NCBI GenBank assembly: GCA_043228905.1
Contig: JBHGNT010000015.1
Location: forward strand, 8,370,001 to 8,434,000
Source of the DNA: Azolla caroliniana
Lineage: Eukaryota; Plantae; Polypodiophyta
Direction of reading: 5' to 3'
DNA length: 64,000 nucleotides
Position 1 is the first letter of the stretch, and the number at the start of each line of letters is the position of its first letter. The position numbers and the translations under genes are program-made. This document shows positions 27,195-40,799 of this stretch, in pieces. Below the pieces are notes generated by a model that was given only the letters and a program-made list of their open reading frames with translations, was not told the origin of the DNA and did no database searches.

Positions 27195-28363
27195 GGTTGT
27201 GAAGATATATCACTATGTGCGGATCGTGAGGCGGAACCACTGGGGTCCTGGACTGGAAGGATTCGAAGTTTGCACAAGTTTAGTGAGAAAGTATTTAAGA
27301 TAGATTGAAAGAGAGAGATTGATATTGCGAGAGAGAGAGAGAGAGAGAGAGAGATTAAGATTGAATAACGAATTTTGATTGAAACAAGATACACCATCAA
27401 TTGGATAACGAATTTTCTTGTCCTTAAATTCCTGAATCATACATAGCCTTTTTTTCTTTTTCATCCACTCTTTTATAGATGCCCCCATGCATATGATGCA
27501 TGTGGGGTACAAGACATGCATAAAATGCATGATGCATGTTTGCCATTTGGCGCTCATGCGTTACATGTGATGCATGATAACCATGTCACTCATTTAAGCT
27601 CTCATATGAGAATTTTCAAGTAAAACTATAATGATAAAAATATAATTTTAAGGAAATGACTTGGCTTAGTGGTAAGTATATTGCTTTCTATCTTGGAGGT
27701 ACAAGGTTTAAGTCTTGCTTACATCCCTTTTAAAGCACAAAATACTATTAGGCTTTTGGACCAAATATCTTTAAAACACCATGCACTACGATCAACCGAC
27801 CCGACCAATCTATCCGATTTGCATCCGTTCGGTCTGCATCCCGAGGTCACCGGATGCCAGTAACCAGGTTTGCCAACACCGGTCGGTCGCCAGTTTCCGG
27901 TTGCCGGTTGATGGTCGCCAAATGCCGGTTCTGTCGCCGGTTGACGCATCCCAAACCGGTTCGGTCCGCATCCCGGATGCCGTTGAACTTGGCTACATCC
28001 ATTCGTCAAGTCATTCAATTGATCCTTTCTATTCTCCACACATAGACAAAGATAATAGCTTTTGCTCTGCCTTTTATATGGTGAGATCCTTATTTGTCCT
28101 GTCTATGTAGGACATCTCACAATTTTTTTACTTTTATTTTTTTCTTTGCAAACTTCATACCCACTTGATACTTAGATGTCCGTTTGTTATGTAGCAAAGT
28201 GCATTCAAAAGCTCTTCAAGACCTTCAACTTTTTGTACCAAGATATTAAACTTATTTAAAATAGTATCTTCACTATTATTGTTTTATATTTCGTGAGAAG
28301 AACCACACTCGATTTCGTATGTTCCTCACAAGTTTCACACTATCGCCGAAAATCTTCACAACA
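27195..28363 (-). mobile_element. Solo LTR (~1.17 kb) of the 4-bp-TSD gypsy group, inside copia E gag
   Basis: Terminal inverted repeat (G)GTTGTGAAGAT...ATCTTCACAACA; TSD GCGG; GGAACCACTGGGGTCCTGGACT motif shared with related LTRs; gag frame EQAARRVLYC rejoins. Confidence 0.78.
27655..27732 (+). promoter_or_regulatory. Degenerate tRNA-type A/B box cassette in solo LTR 27195-28363
   Basis: TGGCTTAGTGG (27662)...GTTTAAGTC (27706), same 44-nt spacing and GGAGGTACAAGG context, TTTT downstream. Confidence 0.5.
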
Positions 28364-29169
28364 GCGGCAAGGAGAGTTCTTTACTGCTTCGCGTCCTGTG
28401 TGAGTGACTAGCTCTTGAGCTACATTCGGGATGCTAGGATGCCAAAGGAAGCGTGGGCGAATCTCAAGAGGATTTTCGCCGCTAGCACAATGGCCAGGAA
28501 GCTGCAGCTCAGGCAGGAACTCAACAATGTCTGACAGAAAAATCTGTTCCTGGACGATTACACGGCCCAAACCAAGGAGATCTGCAACTCTCTCGCCTCC
28601 ATCAACGTGAACGTCGAGGAAGATGAAATGGTGCAGGTTTGTCTTGGTGGGTTAGCGTCAAAGTTTGGAGCATCACGGACGACGGTCTGCACAAGGGAGA
28701 TTACGCCTTCGTTCTTCGAGCTTCAGTTGATGTTGCTCGTGGAGGAAAATCACGCAGGTGCATCACTGAGTACGCACACCAACAACAAGATGTTGTACAC
28801 GGAGGAAGATAGGCCCCATAGTCGTGGCGGACGAGGTGGATCGACGTGCAATGGAGGTGGCCGAAAAGAGCAAAACGTGCACCATAATCGAAATGTCGGA
28901 AGCAATTCTGAACCCTTCGGAACCAGGGGGAGTCATAGCGGCGCCGGAAACTGGCAAGAGAAGGCTGCGGCAGAATGTTGGTATTGTGGCAAGAAAGGCC
29001 AGAGGGAGAGTGAGTGCTGGAAGAAGAGAGCCGATTCAGACAAAACCGAATCGAGTGGAAGAGATGCAGGAAAGCGTCAGAAATCGCACTATGTTGAAGG
29101 CTCTGAACGAGCTGTAAATGGATCGGGCCCAACATTCGTGATGAAGCACAAGGCCAATTCGATGGCCGT

Positions 29170-29944
29170 TGTCGCAAAGTTTCGCGGGTACGTGTAGAAT
29201 TCCAGGTGGGACCACGGGGGTCTTGGACTAGGGAGTGACGGAGCGTAGGAAGTCGTGCTTCACCATTTCCGGGGCATCCCAGAAGCACACTGGAAGCAAC
29301 CAAAGGGAGAGAGAGAGAGAGAACAGACATGCAACATTGACTCTCACACACGCACACAACACCAACAGTGACACGAATATGCACAAACAAATGTATATGT
29401 ATTTACAAGACAACAAGATTCAACACCGACTTCGAGCCGGACCTAGGTAGCATGGGATACAACTGTTGTCTACTGCAAAGTTGCCGGTCGGGGGGGGGGG
29501 GGGGGGGGAGCTCTCGGGCTTGTCACGCCGAGCGGGGTCTTGCACAAAGAACAGGGCAGAAAACATAAACACTAGATGCCAAGGCTCAACACACAGAACG
29601 ACGAAGAAGAAGCAGAGGAGAACAAGAATAAACCCTAAAACCAGAGAAAAGAAAGAGGAAGAGAGAATGTTTCTCCCTCTAACGGTATACCCTACTACCA
29701 AAAATGGGCAACCCCTTCACCAAGGACGTTCCCTTCCTTTTATAGAACAAGAAGAGGGATCCGTAGCATCGTGGGATAAATTCCTTATTACATGGGATTC
29801 TTGTCCTGACTTGATTACTCTTCGGCGCCATAAAGGCGCCCTCATTATTCACACTAAATGTACAAGGGTGAGCACATATGCTGCACCCCGCCGATGTAGG
29901 CAATATTTCCCGGTTTCCGCCTCTGGCCGAAATTCTTCACGACA
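29170..29944 (-). mobile_element. Solo LTR (775 bp) of the 4-bp-TSD gypsy group, between gag and protease of copia E
   Basis: TGTCG...CGACA with perfect TSD CCGT; removal restores SMAVNTSKLSEVWYVDSGAS. Confidence 0.88.
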
Positions 29945-32900
29945 CCGTGAACACCTCGAAATTGAGTGAGGTGTGGTATGTTGATTCCGGAGCGTCAAAT
30001 CATATCACGAGTCATGAGGAATGGTTCTCGTATTTGGAGAAACTGGAAAAGCAAGGAGTGGTCAAAACGGGAGACGACACTCCGCATACCATCGAACATG
30101 TCGGAGAAGTTCCTCTCAGCCACATCGGGCAGAACCTGAACATGTTGGATGTCCCGACATCGGAGAAGTTCCTCTCAACTTATGAACGTGTTGCACATCC
30201 CGACAATAACCAAGAGCCTAGTGTTGGTCAGACAGATCGTCGACCAGGGGTTGCACGTTCGATTCACGCACCTCGGGTGCTACATTGAAGAGGCATGCCA
30301 AGTTATCGCGCAAGGGCGCCGTTAAGGGAGGATGTTCATCCTCGACACCAATCAAGCCGGAACCGCACTATTCGGGAAAGGACAGAAGGTCGAGTCGGAC
30401 ATTGATCTGTGGCACAAGCGGTTCAACAACGTTAACTTCCCATGGCTTCGTAAAATGCAGACGAAGAACATTGTTTTCGGCTTGCCGAAATTTTGGGGCC
30501 GTAATGGCCAAGTCTGTGAAGCTTGCCAATTTGGGAAGTAGAACCGACTTCCATTCCCCAATGAGCATAATCGTAGTCAAAAGCCGCTGGATTTGATCCA
30601 TTCGAATGTGTGGGGACTGGCATAGAACGTGAGTCCCGGTGGAAGCCGTTACTTCGTAACCTTCATTGATGACTTCACTCGGCACACCTGGGCGTGGTTG
30701 ATCGCGAAAAAGAGCGAAGTCTTTGCGTGGTTCCTGAAGGTGAAAAACCTTGCGGAAAGGGAAATAGGGCGTAAAATCAAGTGCCTACAGTTTGATGGCG
30801 GGAATGAGTACTTCTCTGACCAGTTCATGAGTTATCTACAAAACAGCGTGGCTGAGCGGAAGAATTAGACAATTAAAGAAGCGGCTAGGGCAATGCATGA
30901 AGAGAAGATATGCCGAAGTTTTACTGGACTGAAGCCGTAAGGACGACTGTTTACTTGTAGAATCAGACTTCTGCTAATGGAGGAGTGTTGCCACATGAGT
31001 TGTATTATGGCCAAAAGCCGAACTTGCTACACTTGAGGATTTTCGGCAGCATTACGTATGTGCATGTGTCGTAGGAGAAGAGCAGGAAGCTGGATGCCAA
31101 AGCCGAGAAGTGTATCTTGGTTGGCTATTTAGACGAGCAGAAAGGGTATAAGTGCCATAACCCCCGAACGAAGGAAGTTCGTGTAAGTCACGATGTCGTG
31201 TTTGACGAGTCCGCTTCGTGTTATTTGCCTTCATCTCCAACACCTGAAGACTCCATTCCGAATTCTGAAGAAGAGGTCTGCGAGGCCGAGCTGCCTCTGC
31301 GAGATGATGAAATCGGAGCTCTGACAGAGAGTCTAATCTCATTTCAGCTAAGTGGGCTAAATGAGGGGTTGAGCCGAGATGGCCAACCAAATGAAGAGTC
31401 GGTGAGTAGTGGAGACTCGGTCGTGTTGTCCTTGCGTAAAGAACCGAGGAGACGGTTTTCGCGTAAAGAAAAATGGAAGAATAAAATGTCAGAGTACGAT
31501 TTCGGCAGTGTCGAGTCAGATCGGAGCAAATCTGAATTTGGGCCAATTGAGAAGGAACCTCCACATAAGGGGTCAAAATCAACTGAAAAGGTCGTGAAAT
31601 CAGGTAATCATGAATTACGCCGATATATCTGCCTGAAGAACCCTATAAAGAGGTACGGGTATCATGAATACAAGGCGCACCATTACACGAACATGACACG
31701 AGTGGCATAAGTGGTGAGCCGGAGAGCTATGCAGAAGCGGTGAAAGACACCAATTGGTGTGCCGCAATGGAGGAAGAGATGCGCGCTTTAACGAACAATG
31801 AGACTTGGGACCTGATTGACGTACCAAAAGGTGTAAAGCCAATCAGATGTAGATGGGTGTACAAGGTGAAATACAACACCCACGGCTCCGTCAATCGATA
31901 TAAGGCCCGTTTGGTTGCGAAAGGCTACACGCAGAAGCATGATGTAGATTATGACGAAACCTTCGCACCAGTTGTGAAGATGACTACCATGCCAGTTCTG
32001 CTAGCCATAGCTACAACGAAGGGGTGGCATGTACATCATATGGATGTAAAGAATGTGTTCCTGCAAGGTGATCTTGAGGTACAGGTGTACATGGTACAAC
32101 CCCTTAGATTTCTATCCGAACAGAATACTTCGACAGTCTGCCGATTGAAGAAGGCGTTATACGGCCTTAAGTAAGCCCCGTGAGCTTGGAATGCGAAGAT
32201 TACACAATGGTTGTGTAGAATGGGGTTTATGACGTCCAAATCGGACTCTTCGTTATTCGTTCGGCAAGGTCGACATGGACCGGTTTGTCTTTTACTTTAT
32301 GTTGATGATTTAGTCATCGCCGGCGCCGACCTGGAAGAAATCTGTTGTGTAAAGTCTCAGCTTGCGGCATTGTTTGAAATGAAGGATCTTCGTGACATTC
32401 ATTACTTCCTCGGGATCGAAGTGATCCGTTCCCTCGAAGGCATATTGATCAGCCATCATCATTACGTAGATTGTAAGCCTATCTCAACCCCTCTGGAGAG
32501 AAATGTAAAGCTTCGCCGAGATTCGGGAAAGGTGGCCGACCCAACATGGTTTCGATAGATTGTCGGAAGCCTCATCTACTTAACGATCACTCGGCCGAAC
32601 CTCAGCTATCCGGTTGGAATGATCAGTCAATTTATGTCACAACCCACGACCGAACACCTTTAGTGCATGCAATGGTTATTACGATATGTCAGCGGCACGA
32701 AAGATATGGTGTTGTTGTATCGTGCATACGTAGCTGAGTAGTTAGTCAGTTACAAGGATGTTGATTGGGCCGGAAATGCCCACAATGGTAGATCCACATC
32801 CGGATACGCATTCTCACTGGGAAGAGCGGCAATAGCGTGGAGCAGTAAGAAGCAGCCAACAGTAGCACTGTCGAGCACAGAGGCCAAATATCGAGAGGTG

Positions 32901-34210
32901 ATTGTCGCTATGTGTGACGTCATTTGGCTAAAACGACTATTACGGGATTTGCACGTAGAGATGTCCGATCGAACGCGATCTATTGTGACAACCTCAAGAG
33001 CCTCCACTTGTGAAAAACCCTGTATTCCACGCTCGGACCAAGGACATTGAGGTGCACTACCATTTTTTCTGCGAGCATGTCCTTTATGGTGAAGTCGAAT
33101 TGGCGTATGTTTCAACGGGTCGGCAGATTGCCGACATCTTCACCAAGCCCCTTGTCTCCACAAGTTACGACATTTCTCTGGGGAGCTCGGTTTGCGCCAC
33201 CTTGACACGCCGAACTTGAGGGGAAGACAGGAACAAAAGGAGTGTGAAAGGAGCGGTAGTGACCGCGATGCCGAATCGGATGAAGAATTCGATTTCGGGG
33301 CGGCTGAAGAAGCCGAAGAAGAAAACTGGGGCCATAATCGTAAGGAAGAGCCGAAGACTGCTGAACAAAGGGGAAATGAAGCCAAGAAAGACGTAAAGGC
33401 CAAGAGTAAGACATGGTCGGACGTAGTGAAGGGCTGGAAGATGTTACTCCTTGGGGCAGGACTAGCCCTAACACAGGGTGTCCCTTTAGGACACTTCACC
33501 AAAGGGTGGTGCAAGTGGGGTAGGCGTAGACTATGATACAAATGTATTCCTACCTGGCTACTAATTGGCGTGGTTAAGGATCGTAATATACGCGTAAGAT
33601 AAGATAGATTCTATTAAGCACAGAACAGTAATTAACTAAAGCTTCAAAGATTAAACAAGATGTAGAACAACAACACTTTCATCAATAAACCACTATCTAA
33701 TTACAATCTAACCGGGTCCTTTTACAGGTCACTGGCTCTGGGTTACGAACCGGTGCCAACCGGCAATCAGCCACGAACTGCCATACTGATTCCAGGTCCG
33801 TCTGTTCGCTTCTCAAAATATAATAATTATAGATAACAACTCCTGGTTCTAAAATAATTGTCAAGATTCAAAATCTTGACATGACCATGTTATAATATAG
33901 TATCATGGGTTAACCAATATATCTAGTACATAGTTATGTATGTAATTGGTCCTTATTGTTTTGCTAGCATCATGTGCATAGTTGCTCCCTTGTAGTATTT
34001 ACACTTGGCACATGCATGCATACCTACATGCTCTATTGTAGATTCACATGCGTGCAACAATTATACATGCCATGTAGTATAAATAGAGGAGTTCACCTTG
34101 AAGGAATTCAAGGTGAACAACACCAGTTATGGAGTCTTTCCGTTAATACTACTCATCCATTTGTCTATCTTCTTTCTTGTCTCTTGAGCTTATGATCTAT
34201 CCGTGACAGT

Positions 34211-34221
34211 TTGTTCACCTT
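34211..34221 (+). promoter_or_regulatory. Self-priming PBS, complementary to LTR 34110-34120 downstream of TATAAATA (34078-34085)
   Basis: TTGTTCACCTT is the exact reverse complement of AAGGTGAACAA; no TGG tRNA-type PBS present. Confidence 0.8.
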
Positions 34222-34257
34222 CGCATCCTCATAGCTCTCCCTCTCATAAGCCATAGC

Positions 34258-37200
34258 TATGTTTGACTCAACTAGTGAGTTAGGCCAAATAATGGTAGCC
34301 TTACGACAACTCCAACTTGAAAATGAAGCTCTTCGAAATTCTTGACAAGAACTTCAAGTTGGTGCCTCCCTATCCTCACAACCCCCGAAGCCTAGTCTAC
34401 CACAACAACCTAGCCTAGAGCCCGATCTTCTACCAACATCTAGCCTAGCTTCGTCGCATTTTCTTGAGCCTAAGGTTAGCCTCCTAGAAAAATTTGATGG
34501 AACGAGGTACGCGTTTCCGAGGTTTCATCAACCAAGTTCGACTTATCATTCGGCTACAACCTCAACGTTATGGAGATGGTCTTTGACAAGTTGGCCTTGT
34601 GGGCACCCTTCTCTCCGGTCCGGCCCAAGCTTGGTTTGCGCCATTGGTAGAAACCTCTTCACCTCTATTGGAGGACTTTCCCGCCTTCCTCGCTGAGTTA
34701 GAGGCCACACTTGGAGAGACGGACCGACGACATACAACTCTTAACAAGATTTATGCACTTGAACAAGGTTCACGTGCAACTTCGGTCTATGCTTCAGAAT
34801 TTCGACAACTAGCATGTGGCGTCAATTGGGATGATCAAGCTTTAGTTGATCACTTTCGGCGCAGCCTTCGAAGCAATGTCAAGAATCTTCTCTTAAACTT
34901 TTTGGAACCCACCTCGTTATCCCAAGTGATTTCACAAGCAATCCATTGTGACAATCGTCTATTAGAATTTCGCTAGGAAGAGCGCCGAACTTGGGTTCTA
35001 CCTCATTCACTTCCACGACACGCCCCGGTCATACAACCCCAACCATCCCCCCCACCGACTGTGTCACACTCCCCTACTTTGGCAGATGCTCCTATCCCTA
35101 TGGAAATTGATCAAGCCCGATTTCGGCCATTGACTGATGCCGAACGACAATTTCGGCGGGCTAATGGCTTTTGCATTTATTGTGGCGCCTCCAGTCATGT
35201 CGTTCGTCATTGTCCTAGGAGTAATCGTCCACAATTCCATCGAGCTAACGGACCCCACCATCCGGAAAATGACATTGTTCGGTTGCAGTAGGAGCCATGC
35301 AACTGGACATCTCCCTTCGCCCACATTTTCTTGGTTCCATTGCTGGACCATCAGGCAATTTCACATTGGAGGTATGGCTTTCATTTAACTCTAGTTCCAT
35401 TCAGTCTGTTGCTTTAGTTGATTGTGGGGCATCTTCTTGCTTCACCGACATCACGTTTGCCCAAGCACATGGCGTACTTGTTGCTGGCCTCTCAAAACCC
35501 ATCCCCATTGAAGCCATCGACGGGTGCGTCCTCTCGTCAGGTGCAATTACTCAAGCTACAATCCCATTAGGGCTTTCTGTGGGTTCACACCAGGAGGAGC
35601 TCCCTATTTACCTCATCACATCTCCTCGACATCCGATCGTCTTAGGACTAACGTGGTTGGAGGCGCACAATCCAATAGTGGATTGGTGCAACCGCTTGAT
35701 CACATTTAGCAAGCCAGGATGCTCGTGCAAAAGTATGAAGGTAAATTAAGTTTCCCATCCTTCGGAGAAGGTCGATTCCGATTTGACTACGCCATCATCG
35801 GTTCAGGATGGGTTTGTTTGTGGCGCTGTTTCTAACACACTCGATGTTATTCCCGAAAAAAACCAACACTTCTCCGACGTATTTGAAAAATGTAATGCTA
35901 ATCGTTTGCCTGAACACCGACTCTACGACTATCCGATTGATCTTCAAGAAGGTGCGTGTTCACCCTTTGGTCCTCTCTATATGCATTGTTTGCACCAAAG
36001 TTGAAGGCCCTTCGTGTGTATCTTGATGAGACCTCGAGAAAGGATTTATTCAACCTTCTAAGTCACCAGCCGGGGCCCCCATTTTATTTGTGAAGAAGAA
36101 GGAAGGCTCTCTACTCTTATGCGTCGACTACCGAGGTCTCAACAAACTCACTGTGCGCAACCGCTTTTCGCTAACCCTGATCCCCGAACTCCTTGATCGG
36201 CTCCGAGTTGCGCGTCTTCTCCAAAGTTGATCTGCGTGGAGCGTACAATCTTGTACGCATCAAACCGGGGGATGAATGGAAAACCGCATTTCGAACACAA
36301 TATGGGTATTTCGAATACAAGGTAATGCCTTTTGGTCTTACTAATGCTCCAACAGTTTTTCAACATATGATGAACGATATATTCCGGGAATATCTTGATC
36401 ATTTTGTTGTCATTTACCTTGATGATATTCTCATTTTCTCGCCAAACATGGAGGAGCACATGCGCCAAGTCCGATTAGTTCTTGCCAAACTTCGTGAGCA
36501 TGTGCTTTATGCCAAAGGCAAGAAATGCGAGTTCGACCGTACCTCAATCGAATTTCTGGGCTACATCATCTCACCCACTGGCATCACCATGGATATGAAG
36601 AAGGTCTCTGTCATTCAGGCGTGGGCGACTTAAAGATGTGCAATCCTTCCTCAGCTTCGTGAATTTTTACCGTCGCTTCATCAACGGGTGAGAGCGATAA
36701 AAGATGTGCAAACCTTTTATCGCTCTCACCCGTAAAGGCACTCCATTTTTATGGACCTCGGAGGCGCAAAATGCGTTCGACTCACTCAAACACGCATTCA
36801 TCATTGCCCCAGTGCTGCTACATGCCGACCCCACAAAACCCTTCCAAGTCAAAACCGATGCCTCTGACTTCGCCATTGGTGCCATCTTATCCCAAGCTGA
36901 CGACACCAACCTAATGCACCTAGTGGCTTACTACTCCCGGAAATTGACAGGATCCGAAATCAATTATTCCATATACGACAAGGAGCTTGCTACTATCATT
37001 GCTGCCTTTGAAGAATGGCGACCCTACTTGGTCGGCGCACAACATCGTGTCCAGGTAGTCACTGATCATAAAAATTTAGTTTATTTTTCCACCACTCATA
37101 CTTTGAATCGAAGGCAGGCCCGTTGGTCGACATTTCTCGCCGACTACGATTTTGAGATCGTATTTCGACCTGGTGACCAACATGGGAAGGCCGATGCCCT

Positions 37201-38000
37201 TTCAAGCCAAGCTGACCTTGCACTCCGCGCTGGGGATGCTGCTTATGCTCAACAATCTAGACGTTTGTTGAAACCCGACCAATTGCATCTTTTTGCCACT
37301 TGTATGTTGCAGGATGATTCATTACTCCAACAGATCACTGATGCATCCAAGACCAATGTGTTCGCCAACAAGATTTGAGATAGTCTGCAAACCCCTCCAA
37401 GGCGACCATAAGGAAGGATCTTGACACCTTCACCATACAAGAGGGTTTGCTGTTCCGAGATTATCTCTTATACATCCTAGAGGGCCCATGTCGCACCCGG
37501 GTGTTGCGGGAATGCCACGATGACCCACTTGCAGGTCATTTCGGGGTCGCGAAAACCCTCGAGCTAATCTCTCGAGGGTATTGGTGGCCACAACCATGGA
37601 AGTTGGTCAAAGAATACACAAAGAGTTGTGAGGTTTGTGCTCACTCCAAAGCCATTCATCATCGGCCATACGGCTTACTACAGCCGCTTCCATGTCCTCG
37701 TCGTCCCTGGGCCTCTATCTCTATGTGACGGGAACTCAACGCTCCTTATGTCCAACGCTCGGCCACAACCGAGATTCTTTTCATGCACAGAAAAACCAGG
37801 AAACAAATGCACGACACAAAGGAGAGAAAATACACAGGAGGTTTACATGGAAAAAACCCCAAACTAGGGGAAAAAACCACGGCAGCCCACAGGCTGCAAA
37901 CTGTCACTATGTAAGAATGTACAAACAATGAGTTCACGGAAGCAACGACCTCGTGCTCACGATCTTCGCCACAGGCGGCGGTTACAACAGAGGCAACGAC

Positions 38001-38053
<53 letters not shown>

Positions 38054-40345
38054 CAGTTACGCACACTCTCTATTCTTGCACACTCTATTCTTGCACCAAC
38101 AAGAAAGTAACAACCATAACAACTATACTAAAAGTTTGCCCTAAGTCATATTTATAATAATATGACTTTTCGGCTATTTACAAATATAGTCTCGATGGAC
38201 TCTCAGAAACATATTTACGAATATGTCTCTTCATCCGGTTCTCACCGGGTCTATCCCATCCGGCTCTCCGTAGCCGGGTACTCCTCATCGGGTTCATACC
38301 GGGTCTGTATCATCCGGCTCTCCGTAGCCGGGTACTCCTCATCCGGTCTTCACCGGGTCTGTATCATCCGGCTCCCCGTAGCCGGGTACTCCTCATCCGG
38401 TTCATACCGGGTCTGTATCATCCGGCTCTCCGTAGCCGGGTCCACCTCATACGGTTTCGGCCTCGGCCGAGTCTATTCATCGGCACTGTTCTTCTCCCTT
38501 CCCATTCGGAGGGACCTGTCTCCCAACAAACTCCCCCTTCACTCCGGCATGGGGTGTCTTACCAGTCCGATTCTCTTCCGGCATGCGTCCAGCTTGTCGG
38601 GTGTCAGCACTTTGGTCAGCATATCTGACCCGTTCTCTGCAGTGTGGATCTTCGTCAGTGCGAACTCCTGGTCATCTACTCTTTCCCGGATCTAGTAATA
38701 TCTTCGTTGTATATGCTTCGTACGAGAATGGTAGGCCGCATTCTTAGCAAGGTGGATGGCACTTTGACTGTCGCAATAGAGTCGGTATTCCTCTTGCCGG
38801 ATACCGAGCTCTCCGATGAAGTTCTTCATCCATAATATTTCCTTGCCGGCTTCCACAGCCGCCATGTACTCCGCCTCTGTGGTTGACAATGCAACCGTCT
38901 TCTGCAGCCTCGACTGCCACGAAATAGCTCCCCCTGCATATGTCGGATGTAGACCGGCTGGTATCCACATCAGCCGACATGTCCGAATCGGTGAAACCGT
39001 CCAATTGAGGTTTTCCGGAGCCGAATCGGAGACACATATTTGAAGTGCCCTTCAAATACCGGAGTATCCATTTGACCGCGTTCCAGTGCTCCTTGCCGGG
39101 ATTGCTCATGAACCGGCTCTCCGTAGCCGGGTACTCCTCATCCGGTCTTCACCGGGTCTGTATCATCTGACTCTCCGTAGTCGGGTACTCCTCATCCGGT
39201 TCATACCGGGTCTGTATCATCCGGCTCTCCGTAGCCGGGTACTCCTCATCCGGTCTTCACCGGGTCTGTATCATCTGGCTCTTCGTAGGCGGGTCCACCT
39301 CATACGGTTTCAGCCTCGGCCGAGTCTGTTCATCGGCACTGTTCTTCTCCCTTCCCATCCGGAGGGACCTGTCTCCCAACACTATGGACTTGATAACTGA
39401 TCTACCCTTGGTCAATAGCTATGACTCGGTGTTGGTCGTTGTCGATCGGTTTATGAAGACGGCTCACTTCATTCCATGCTCTAAAACCATTTCCGGAGAA
39501 GGAATGGTGCATCTACTACTCAACAATGTGGTACGCTTGCATGAATCCCCGATGATGTCATCTCCGATCGCGAACCCCAGTTTGTCTCTCACTTCTGGCA
39601 GCACTTGCTACAAACTTTAGGCATCTTTGTCAAGTTGCCATCCGCTTATCACCCCCAAACTGACGAGCAAACGGAGTGTGTCAATCAAATCCTTGAGCAG
39701 TATCTTCGGTGCTCTGTTAGTTACCAACAAGATGATTGGGTCAACTTACTTTCATGCATCGACTGGCGTCACTCCCTTCTTTGCCAACTATGGTTTACAT
39801 CCTCCCTTCAACATTTCCCTTCCTACCACTTCCGTGAACCCTTCGGTGGAGGATCGTCATCGATCTGCCTCTCCACACTTTGTCGTTGGAGACATGGTCT
39901 GGTTGTTACGTCGACACATCTCTACTACTTGTCCATGTGCGAAACTTGATTACAAGAAGTTGGGACCATTCCGTATCATCGAGTGCATCAATTCCGTCAC
40001 CTTCCGGCTCGCCCTTCCATCCCACTTCCGGATTCATGATGTTTTTCATATCTCCCTCCTCGAACCCCATTATGCTTCATAACTCCTAGGACGTTAGGCC
40101 CCTCCACCACCACCTGTGCAATTGATGACAGGGGAGGAATACAAGGTTGACCAAATCCTTGACTCGCATTGGCATCGTCGACACTTGCAATACCTTGTCC
40201 TATGGAGAGGTTACCCCATGTCTGAGGCCACGTGGGAACCATCGGAAAATTTACAAAATGCCCCAAAGGTCGTCCAAGTTTTTCATCACCGATATCCCCA
40301 CAAACCAATGGCCGATTTGGGAAGACGGTGTCGGAGGGGGGATAA
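34258..40345 (+). pseudogene. Chromovirus gag-pol with C-terminal chromodomain (~40130-40310); decayed -1 slippery site G GAA AA(T/C) at 35264-35270
   Basis: EEYKVDQILDSHW...QYLVLWRGYPMSEATWEP; pol ORF 35297 is in the -1 frame relative to gag ORF 35061; many stops. Confidence 0.88.
37726..39381 (-). mobile_element. Internally deleted copia-A family element K inside the chromovirus integrase: partial 5' LTR 39113-39381, RT end/RNase H, 3' LTR 37726-38528
   Basis: Perfect TSD CTATG; removal restores WASISMDLITDLP; deletion junction on CCGGCTC microhomology. Confidence 0.9.
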
Positions 40346-40799
40346 TGTCAAGATTCGAACTCTTGACACGACCATGTTATAATATAGTATCATGGGTTAA
40401 CCAGTATATCTAGTGCACAATTATGTATGTAATTGGTCCTTATTGTTTTGCTAGCATCATGTGCATAGTTGCTCTCTTGTAGTATTTACACTTGGCACAT
40501 GTATGCATACCTACATGCTCTATTGTAGATTCACATGCGTGCAACAAGTATGCATGCCATGTAGTATAAATAGAGGAGTTCACCTTGAAGGAATTCAAGG
40601 TGAACAACACCAGTTATGGAGTCCTTCCGTTAATACCACTCATCCATTTGTCTATCTTCTTTCTTGTCTCTTGAGCTTATGATCTATTCGTGACAATAAT
40701 TATCCCTTTCCCATTCTAGACTTTATCCGGCTTTTAAGTCTTTGCTGGTCAACACATGGCACGCCCGTGGTACAGTACCTTGTACATCGAATCCCACGG

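Larger units (their letters stand above)
33859..40695 (+). mobile_element. Chromovirus (Tcn1-like Ty3/gypsy) J inserted in the 3' LTR of G; LTRs 33859-34208 and 40346-40695; PPT ~40333-40342
   Basis: 350-bp TG...CA LTRs; perfect TSD ATAAT; gag, PR LVDCGAS, RT IYLDD, RH, IN HHCC/GPF, chromodomain. Confidence 0.93.

Noticed and set aside
27195-28363. MITE or DNA transposon, because of the 11-12-bp terminal inverted repeats
   Set aside because: It shares subterminal motifs and the A/B cassette with LTRs of element S, so a solo LTR fits better.
29489-29508. Poly-G run (and poly-C at ~23153-23174) as G-quadruplex elements
   Set aside because: Simple homopolymers of uncertain length with no supporting context.
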